A stretch of 63,994 bases of DNA, counting the filler, from Choristocarpus tenellus KU-1152 (lineage: Eukaryota > Protista > Phaeophyceae), in NCBI GenBank assembly GCA_964200185.2. It is 9 parts of 9 records of this genome, joined end to end, with 100 filler letters (N's around TTAATTAATTAA, not from the genome) between each part and the next. Parts side by side here need not be neighbours in the genome. Positions count along the whole stretch, not along the records: positions 48,180 to 52,639 come from CAXNAD020014446.1; positions 52,740 to 58,181 come from CAXNAD020010763.1; positions 58,282 to 61,378 come from CAXNAD020022344.1; 6 more parts are not named here. One strand, given 5' to 3'. The position numbers and the translations under genes are program-made. Under the pieces are notes generated by a model. It had not been told where the DNA came from. It did not search any database and saw only the letters and a program-made list of their open reading frames with translations. Below are positions 50,103 to 60,500 of the stretch, piece by piece. The stretch's first letter is position 1, and each line of letters opens with the position of its first letter.

Positions 50103-52468
50103 TCAATGGGGAGGAATGATGGAGGTTCACACTTCCATACATATTTAAGGGACGGATGGGCAGTATAGCGAGAGGTACGTGCAGGATTAAAGGGTATCGG
50201 TGGTGCTGCTCGATAGGCTCAATATGTACCCAAGCCCTGCAGACATTAGTTGTGGATTCAACAGGAGGGCTCTAAATATGGGCAAAATAATACATAACAA
50301 ACACCCTTCTGTTCCATATTTTACAGTCTGCCCTTCGTTGATACTCATTCAACCTTACATCTTACACTTCCTTGTGCCTTACTGCCTCTCATGGTTTCCT
50401 ACGGCCAACAAATGAATGTTATAACATCCACTTCTTGTGGACACCGGCAATGGGATTAATCATACTTTCAACATCGTAAACATCATTGTGTGCTATCCAA
50501 TTTGTGTCTGCAGACAACACTAAGCACACCTGTAGAACCGCAGAACCTATGTTGTCAATTGGCCGACAAATTACTTGCCTGCATTGTTGTCAGTGCCACT
50601 ATCGGTGTAGCTGGTTTGGAACGGTCAGGGATATATTTTGAACAATTCCACGTTGAGAGGGTGAATTGCTTGGGTGTTGGGACAACGACTGGCAGGCAGA
50701 AAGGGCAGTGGAGCAACGCTCAACACTGCAATCTCCTCCTACGGAGGATTGATGTGAGGATACCTAATCCTAACGCATACCTGAAGGTCAATGTTCTGGG
50801 AGGTGGAGGAAGTATGCTACAACTGAATACTGTTATTTCGGTGGACGATAGTGTTCAACAGTATAATGGGCAGCGACACCTCGAGGCGCCTCATGTTCAA
50901 TAATTTGGTGAAAGAATATTGCACGCACCAGAGGGAGCACTTTGTGTACATGTCACACGTCTACCCGAACCTGGGAAAAATGTTGGATATATCACCGACT
51001 AGTTGGAAATGAGTTGAGGTCACTAACTGAGCTACAACTGAATACTATTATTTGCGTGGACGATGGTGTTCAACAGCATGATGGGAAGCAAATTGTTGGA
51101 AATGAGTTGAGGTGACTTTGACACGGTAGAGGCTAATTTTGTTGTTGAGTTTCAACGATTTGCTTAGGTTCATATTATGATCCAACTGTTAGTAGGATCA
51201 ATCTGGATTCTTTTCATTCTTCTCGGCGGTTGGTTGCAGAGAAGCTGTATATATCATGTGTGTGTGACGGGTGTGTTCAAAGCAGTAACCCTAAGTGAGT
51301 GTAGCATCATATTGTATCCCGAATCATATATACGTACAAGAGAGGGTAATGATATGCACACTACACATAATAATATGAGTTTATCTTAGTTCCATATTGT
51401 TCATCTTGCAGCATCCCTCTAGATGATCCTTACACCGGTTGGGCTTGGAATAGACACATTCTAATTCCTAGACTGCTACCATGGTCCACTTTTTCGTTTT
51501 GTTTCAGTGAAAGAGATACCTGCTACAATCTTCAAACGGTACCAGATGCAAATGTTGTATGTATGTTGTTATTGTTTTCTACCAAGAAACCTATCTTCAC
51601 CGTTGATGGTTCGTAGTCAGTACAACCACATTACCTGGACCTATCCAGTGAGCCCTCGTTTTCCCACCATCTCTACAAATATGTTCGACAGGTCTTCTGC
51701 TGAAGTATCCCACTCTGGACTGGCGGTTAAGATGTTCTATGATGTACTTTAGCGGAGGACAATATTCTACATGGTGTGAATATATGGAATTAGTGATAGA
51801 AGGAGCTCGCGATCTCAAAACCCTAGAGAGCAAAACCAATTGAGAGGTAGGCAGGCTAAGACCCTTTGCAGTCAGGGTAATCTTTTTTGCCCTTTCCAAT
51901 ACACCCTACTTTCATTGATTTATGAGCACAATAGTGTCGAAAATTGCTATTCCCCCTTTCCACACACAAAATCTCACCACACTTAAGCAAATTGTTGTTC
52001 TGCAACAGTAGAAAATGGCGTCTTTGCCCTTTCTCGGGATCTTTAAAATACAACCCTTCCTACCTCTCAATTTGTTTGCCTCTGAAACAATCGGGATGAA
52101 GGTGTAGGCTATCTACCATGTGACATTCTCAACGTCCACATGGATAGACCAGGAAAGAACACTGTCAGTGGGTTACAAGCACAATGATATATGAACGAAC
52201 AATCCAATGCCAAGTCACTAAGAAAATTATTCTAAGGGTAGAGTTAAACTGGAAGTAAATTGAAAAACAAAACTGACTCTATCTTTCCTGATCTTCTCCA
52301 CCAATGGGGTCTGTAATGTATCAGCAGTGCTATCCACATACATCTTCTCTGGGCGTGGTGTCTGAATGCTTAACTCGGTCAAGCGAAAGAATGATACCTT
52401 GAACACACCATCAATCCAGGACCCTGTCCATGAGAGAAAGGTGTTACCTGAGGTGCAAGTTCAACCAT

Positions 52469-52639
52469 GACCCAAAGTATCTGGGAGGGGGGGGATGTCT
52501 ACACCAGAGTGTCCATTTGGACCAATATCAGGAAAAGTGCATTTACAGTATCTATCCGACGTATGCAACCAAATAACCCAAAAATTGCGACATACAAAAA
52601 TTGACCCCAAATGGACAGCCGCCACCCCCTCCCAGATAC
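52469..52639. mobile_element. MITE family A, nearly complete copy ending at a gap
   Basis: GACCCAAAGTATCTGGGAGG ... CCCCTCCCAGATAC then N-run. Confidence 0.9.
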
Positions 52640-55022
52640 NNNNNNNNNNNNNNNNNNNNNNNNNNNNNNNNNNNNNNNNNNNNTTAATTAATTAANNNNN
52701 NNNNNNNNNNNNNNNNNNNNNNNNNNNNNNNNNNNNNNNGGCCCTTAAAAAGTGCCGCAACATTTATAAAAAAAACATATCGGCACTTTTCCCGCACCAT
52801 TTTCGGTCAAAACCATCCTCAATAGTATGCTCCATCCTCAATTTTTAAAATCTACTGTTAAATGGTTTGGGTCTTTTGCAGAGGTGTCAGGGAGGTCGAA
52901 AAACCAAGACCAAAACTATATCATAAGGACAACCATTAGAACGACACTTGTCGTCAACGCCAATACATACGTACACCTTCCTAAAATATTATGTACTATT
53001 TGAAAACTAAGAATATCTTGAAGATTATTGAGTACAAAATGTGTACATTGGTATGTTTTTGAACTAGCTGTACGAAGAAGGTGGGCGAGGGGATCTATAG
53101 AAGCATTCCAAGATTCTGTCAGGTCCCTTGACCATTTGGCTGGTGTTTTTAGGTTGAAACACTTATCGTTTTGAACCTCTATTGCAACATTGGATGTTAC
53201 GTTTTTCATTTCACCAACATTTACATGTATGTATATATGTATGTATCACAATAGTTTGGTATTTTCTTGACGTACGACAACGCACCTCTGGTTATGTTTA
53301 GGAAGATGTTCATAGTCCAACAACATGACATTTTTTGAATTGTCGAAAACATCCCTATTGCCTTCCTGACTCGAGTGCTCAGGGAGGGTGATCCTCGGTG
53401 GACCTGGGGGTAAGCCCCCCACTTCTCGATGGGTTTCTTGTTGCCAGCTATTGTGACAGGATTTGGTATTTGTGCGGCAATCTTCTACCCGCGAGCTCCA
53501 ACATGGCAGGTGAGTAGCGATAATGACACGTCTGAAGCTTATTGGTCTCTGTTCTTTGCAAGAGAAGTTGACTAGGAAGGGAAACTCAGTTGAAATGAAG
53601 TGGATGTCCACCATTGAGGTGTGAAGGCTCATTTGCAAATGTCGAATCCCCTATCCGTCTCGATTTCGTGGATAACGGGGTGCTCCTCCATGAGATGATC
53701 TTGGGACGTCGAGCAAGTGAATGTGGGCAGTATGACCACAAGATCCTATGCCTATGATACCTTTCACAACATCATATACCGTTTAAGAGCATCTTTTCCC
53801 AAGGAAACTAAGGCAAGGAAACTAAGGGTTCAATACACTGCTTCTACTACGAAAGCCGAAACGGGTACACTCACCATCTGTCCCTTTTCTGTGACTTCGA
53901 CTCTTCTTCGTCCTGACAATTTCAGCCATTATATTGTATTTTTGCTAAGATGGCGCATGTAGGGTTCATTTTCTTTCCTGTTGAATTTAAGGTACGGGCT
54001 TACTCTGCAAAAGATTATGGTGGTTGGTCGACTCCCGCATATTGCGTTGTGGATACCTAGTACCATGTACCTTGTTACTACACCAAGTGTCTCTACTCAC
54101 GAAGGGTGGCACCAACCCTCTCTTCCCCCCCTGGCAGTTAAATTATAGCTCGAAATGCCGACTATCGGTAATTAGTGTTTCGATTAAGCTCTCCGAATGT
54201 TTCCCAGCGTAGGTGCTGGAGACATCTTCTCCATGCATAGTGGGTCACCTGTCCTGGTTTCTTAGGACTTGATATCTGTGCGTTTTTCAAATGTAAAACT
54301 TTTTGATGTTTTCTAGTTCAGGCGGTGAGAGTTCTCTCAATTAAGCTTTGGAGTTGAATAACAATGTTCTCTGGCTCTTTGCTTGTCCGAAGTCTTGAAG
54401 TTTTGACAGGAGTGCAGGCCTGATACAAGTATGACCTCGTGACACATATCCCCCGTCCCTCTCAGTCAGTTGAGATAACTTTGATCAGACGAGAAATAGG
54501 TGACATTGCAATTGGCCTAATATTTGGAAAGCCGGGGTGTGGGAATGTGAGGGGAGGTTTCTTACGAGGCAGTTGTGTGTACATTGATGTGATGAAAGGA
54601 GTGCTCTTCACAACCCCATTGATCTAGAACATAGAAGGAGTTGATATTTCTTCTATTCCCAGGACCAAAATCAACTTAAGAATCCATGTCCCATACATTA
54701 ACAATGGAAATTTAAGCCACATCCCACCGCACCAAGTGGTATTGCACACTATATTACATCAGATTGTACACATCTCATCTGCATATACAGTAAATATCGT
54801 ACTAGTGTTGGTTAGGGTGAAGCGACAACCAAGTGTCTAGACCCCTTGTGGAGCAAGAGTTTGAGCTCTGGCCATGTTCTAGTTTTGGTCTATCGGTGAC
54901 ATACTGTGTCATGCCTTCAATGCTAAAGTCGTGTTTATGTCTTGCTCTGTAGGTACTTCCTGGGGACTTCTGACTTTTTTGAAGTTCCCCAACTTTGAGT
55001 GAAACTCGGGATACCAGACTGA

Positions 55023-55252
55023 TGATGTGTTAGGTTTGCTGTATTCCCTTCTATTTTCCAAACTTATCCTCCTTTGATTTCCATCTCTTCCACTCTTGAT
55101 GGTGATGTGTTAGGTTTGCTGTATTCCCCTATATTTTCCAAACTTATGCTCCTTTGATCTCCATCTCTTCCACTCTTGATGGTGATGTGTTAGGTTCGCT
55201 GTATTCCCCTCTATTTTCCAAACTTATCCTCCTTTGATCTCCATCTCTTCCA
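55023..55252. repeat. 80-bp tandem repeat, ~2.9 copies
   Basis: TGATGTGTTAGGTT.GCTGTATTCCC starts at 55023, 55103 and 55183. Confidence 0.92.
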
Positions 55253-55934
55253 TGTCTTGTATGAGTCGTTTTAGTTGCTACAAGCGTTTGTGATTGCCTT
55301 TGACTTTATTGGTGTGATCTCATTTGAGGAGGGGACCTTTTCCCAGAGGATGATACAGGGGATGATGGTTGGCCTTTCTGTATCTCGAGAGGACAATGCC
55401 ATGCAGAACCGCCTTACCTTGGAAGACGTTTCGAGCTTGTCTTGGGTGTAGACAAGTCCTCGCGCTGCTGTTCACGGGATCCTAGTAGAGATCAGGAAGG
55501 CCTTGCATCTTTTATATTTTTTTGCAGTCACAAAGATGGTAGCAAAGGTCGCGGTTTCTGTTCCTAGTATTTCTTTGAGGACTCCCCCCTCTATACGGAC
55601 TTACACCAAGAAGTTACCACGAGACTGACGCTTCGCATGACTATCACCATGGCCACCGTAGCCACCGTAGCCAACCCCTGAGAATAGCAGAAAATTCAAA
55701 AGCGCTTTGTGTCTCCCATCTTTGAGAACTCAAAACCACCACCCACCTTGGACCTGCAGCCTCTCCATGCATGGTCCCATGCTTACCTACGTGATGGTCT
55801 ACACGGTTACTGTACCAATGCCATAACTCTCCCTCTTTCTTGTTGGTTCAATCGCGGTCTTCAATGACGCATGCCTTCCTCCTACCTCTCACTCCTTTTC
55901 CCGCTTGGTGGTGGGGTGTGATGTATGTCGACAG

Positions 55935-56018
55935 ATTGCAACGATGAAGTACAAGAGCGTGTCCTTCAACATCGACCTGACAGCGGATGTCAAAGTTGAC
56001 ATGGGCCTGGAAGTGTTT
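55935..56018 (+). CDS. Putative exon of an unknown gene (IATMKYKSVSFNIDLTADVKVDMGLEVF)
   Basis: gacag acceptor, consensus gtgagt donor, 84 nt open, mostly G/C-ending codons. Confidence 0.5.
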
Positions 56019-57034
56019 GTGAGTGCCCTTGGGTTGCCCTCTCTCTGCCCAATGTGCCCCGCCTGCTCGATTATTGAAACCCGAGGGGGAGGTAGAAGTG
56101 AATGGCACTAGTACTAACATTCAGGCTGGTGGTGGAGTTTGCAGGGTGAATCAATCTGGTCGGCTCAATGTATCATGGGGGCGATTTTCGGGCGTTCATG
56201 TGTCTGCTTTGTTGTGTCCCTGTTTCCTCAATATTATTATGGCTCTGTTGATGTTACTCTTCCCACGTTGTTCCCCCCCACCTCCTATTGTGAACAATGC
56301 ATACCAACCAGGGTAGATAGATATCTGTGCAGGTTGCAGCGTTGGCCCTAATGAAAGGAGCACAGTTTTGAGAGGGAACACCGAGGGGCTATTGTATATA
56401 TGAAGGCGTTCTAGGCACCCCGTTGACTCAATGTGTGAAGTATCAACTTAAATGCATTTTTTTGTGCGGTGTTGATCTCATAACTTTTTACGGACCCGTT
56501 TTTGTTCCCCCTCCAACCTTTCCAGCAATGATCAACAACAACAGAAATCTCTCTGTCTGTAGCCATCGCCGCCTCTACCCAAACACAAACGAAGCATTGT
56601 CTCCCTCACGCATCCAATCCGTGTGATCGCATGGTTTTCTTGACTTTTTTTTGTTTTTGATTGTAGTAAAATGTTTTTTTTTTTATGGTGAGTGTTACCA
56701 CCCAGCAAATATTTTTTTTAATTATATAGTCCCACTGCCTTTTTTCTTTTTTCTGAGAGGAGTACTCGATACCCCCACCGTTGACCTAATACGTGTGCAT
56801 TCTACAAAACATTTTGTCCATGTAAGGGGTTGCTTTCCACAGGCAAGGCTGTTTCAGGACCTTTGAGTACTGCTGCATCTGTTCTGACCTTGGGACGTTT
56901 GCCACGTAGTGCTCTGTAGTCTCTCTGTGGGAAACACATGCAGCATGCGTTTTGTCTGTTGGTGGTATGAGGTGTACTTCGATCTATTCAGTACTCCACT
57001 CTAACCCTAGGTATTGTGTTCCGTAGCTCTTAGC

Positions 57035-57080
57035 TTAGGGCTAAGGTTAAGGTTAAGGTTAGGGTTAAGGTTAGGGTTAG
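57035..57080. repeat. Interstitial telomere-like (TTAGGG/TTAAGG)n tract, one of about a dozen
   Basis: Similar tracts near 2490, 2630, 4540, 6690, 11380, 13540, 33575, 35072, 42197 and 57756. Confidence 0.85.
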
Positions 57081-57466
57081 TAGGACATTTACTATGGATA
57101 TGTAATTACCCAAGTGTAGTTAGGTTATAATATTGTTTTTGAGTTGATACTGTTGTCTGCAGAGCGAAGTGAGAAATGCTAGTAAAGAGGTACACCCTGA
57201 AAATGCAAATAAGAAACAAGTCAAGTGCACCACTTGGCCTATGTATGGAGATATGATTCGCAATGAAAATCTCACTTCTCTGTTCATTTTTGTGTGCATG
57301 TTGTCCCATACAATAAAAAAAAATGTCGCCCAAAGCGCTTGAAGCCTCCTTTTTGTTGTTGTTTTTTTTTTTTTTTTTCTTTTAAAATACTTTTTTTTTT
57401 TTTTTTTTTTTTAATTGTAGGCTTTTTTTCCCGTTCTTTTAACCTACCCGNNNNNNNNTTTTTTTT

Positions 57467-57501
<35 letters not shown>

Positions 57502-60500
57502 CACTCTGAAAATACTTTTTTCTCTTTTTTTTTTTGAATGCAAGCGTTTGTTCCCGGTTTACGCAACAGAACGAGCTTTTTGTTTATTTTAGTCCAATTG
57601 TATGCGTGTACAATACAACACGATGTTGAAGCCATTATTGAAGTGACCCTTAACCCTAATAGTGGGACTGGTGTGACCGCCTTTCCGTGGTGGATGTTTT
57701 AGCAGTACTATGTATGATATATTTTTTTATTTTACAGTGGAGAATTGATGACAGAACCCTAACCCTAACCCTAACCAAGGGAGACTTTTCTTGTTAAATA
57801 ATGACACTGCCGAGGAGAGGGAGAGACGTACGCCTGCTGCAGTGCTTTGCTGGCTTAGCCACTCCTCGTTCGGTGGATTTTGATTGGGCAATTACTTCTT
57901 CCCGATCGCCAGAGTTTTATTATTTTTGTCCCAAGTGTTAAGACGTTTGAGGTGACTAGAGAGGGAGTGAGCAACATGACAGATGTCCATAAGAAAGCAT
58001 TTTATGAACAGAAAAGTGTCATTTTTGCTTCACATTTGGACTTGGGTAGGCGTATTGTATTTCAGACCCTTGAGTATTAGACACAAGTTGTGTACATGCT
58101 CACAGAGAAATGTAACTGTGACATTGCAGTAACAATATTGATTGATAAATGCCAACAAGTGGGTAAAAGTATCTGGGGGGGNNNNNNNNNNNNNNNNNNN
58201 NNNNNNNNNNNNNNNNNNNNNNNNNTTAATTAATTAANNNNNNNNNNNNNNNNNNNNNNNNNNNNNNNNNNNNNNNNNNNNTCTTTGCTTTTTTTTCCCT
58301 CCCCCCCCCCCCCCCCCCACGGACAGTCCTATTCCTGTATTGCTTAATTTATTGAAGTGGGATTCTTCCATTTTGAGACAAATTTACATCATAGTGTGCA
58401 TGCATATGTTTGTTGTAGTTTTGGGCTGTATCATGTACTAGGTATTTAGCCTGAGGGTATGAACAGGTGCTCACAATGTCACGTGTTTCTTGTGGGTAGA
58501 CTGTTGTTAGCTTGTATCTATTTGAGCCCTCTATAGAAAGTGCAGCGTAAGTGATCATTTTTAACTTTTTCAAAGATCTTTTGTTCATAGCAAATGCCGA
58601 CCATGTGTTACAGCATGCCCCAGAACTCACCTCCACAGGATATGCAACTCAAATCCAACGACCTTAATACGACACTATGACAGTCCACTGATGATGACCA
58701 CATATGGTGTCAGTTGATGCTTAGCTCAGTCGATGTCTCTCTTTTCGCTTTATCAAAAGAGGGTAAGGATCAAAGAGCTGAGTCGTGTGGTCAACAAGTC
58801 AGCCTTTCGTTAACATCATTCACCGTTTTTCTACAGCCAAGGAGTTAAATGACGTCTGCAAACTGCTGTGTAATTACTCCAATCATAAATCTTTATTCTG
58901 CAACTTTCAGGAATTGACGTCTATTCTGTATGGTTATGTATGCATTTGGAATCTTACTCTGCATCTTCTATCAATTCGAAGTTCCTCTTGTATGAATTCT
59001 TACGTATGTATACTGTTCGCGCTTTTTGGCACGCAGAAAGATATGCTCGCGCTATTTGCCTGTAACATGCCCCCCAGCATGAACTAGCAACACTTGTTTC
59101 ACTCTTACCACAGGCGATTGTCACCGGTGAAGATAATAGATATCATCAATCACCTCAGATCATCCTATGGCAAGGAGCAAGAAAGAAGAAAACACCTGAC
59201 TCCTACTAGGACCAAAACATACATCCTTGGAGAAATCTGTCTGCATCTAGCCTAATCGGAGTATACATTTACTCTTTCTAAAATACAGTTACCCTACGGT
59301 GCCAAGTATCATCTGATTATTGCCTGTCTCATGCCCCGCAAGCACGAAGCATACTGACGGCTGCTAGTGCGTAAAACAGGCAATAACATCAACATCAAGC
59401 GACAAAAAAATAAAAGAAATGGAGAAAGAACAAAACAAGGAATTAAGGTGATCAGGTACCTGTTCCGATAAAAGAGGAGAGAAAATAAAGGAAGAAAGGG
59501 ATGGGGAAAAAAAAATGAAAGAATAATATAAAATAAAAGGAAAATAGAACAAACGCGGAATAAAGGGGGTCAGGTACCTGATCTGCACGAAGAAAAAGTT
59601 TAAAAACACAAAATGACGAAAGAAGGAAATAATAAAATCTTACATAAATTATTATCTGTTCTGATGTGGGTTACTTCATGGTTCCAATTTCTGCTATGCT
59701 ACGTTCCATGCAGGAACTACCTGTTTGACGCTTACCACAGGTGATAATCATTTATCTGGATAATAAATATCATCCATCACCTAAGATCATGCTGCGGCAG
59801 CATGCATAATTGCCCTTTGGTAACATAGGGGGCTTCAGATCCGACTCTGCTAGTTGTTTCCAATATATGGAAGTCACTCCAGTTCCGACTCTGCCGGTTG
59901 TCTCCAACATAGGGACTCCAGTTCCAAATTAACCCATGGATTCCAACAATGTTCAACAAATCCCCTCGTTTCCTTTGAGAATGGATCCCCAAAAGTCGCA
60001 AGGCACAGTCAATACCAGTATGTGCCTGACCAATAAAGAGTGTATACTTTTATAAAAAAATATATAACTCCAACTAGGGCCAGAACAGGTCAACAAATAT
60101 TCCTGTTTTCCTTGGGAAAATCTTTCCCAAAGGTCGCAGAATACCATCAGAGTCAGATTTCCCCTGGCCTAGTCTGAGTATGCATTTATTTGATCTTTCT
60201 GAAACCCTCTGACATGACCTAAAATGAATGGGTCCCCAGTTCCGATCTCTCGGATCACAAATATGATTAATTTATCCATATTCCCTTCAAGGTGTCTGGC
60301 CTAATCTGAGTATACCCTTGTTTCTTCTGAACTGGACCTTCAAAAGTTACATAGTTCATAGCTCTGATTAAGTCTATAATTCAAACACCTTCCGTTCCAA
60401 TCTTCCCAGTTATAGATGCAAGTGCTATCAGGGATTAAACTTACTCGACAGGATTCATCATAACCTACTCGACATCAGTAGGACCTCCATGTTGCGGCAC

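Noticed and set aside
51597-51899. HWIGPGNVV as a Ty3/gypsy integrase GPY/F motif
   Set aside because: A single short motif with no DDE core, RT or LTR recognisable.
58770-58815. KADLLTTRL (minus) as the copia RNase H ADxLTK motif
   Set aside because: No upstream KHID or other copia motifs; a chance match is likely.
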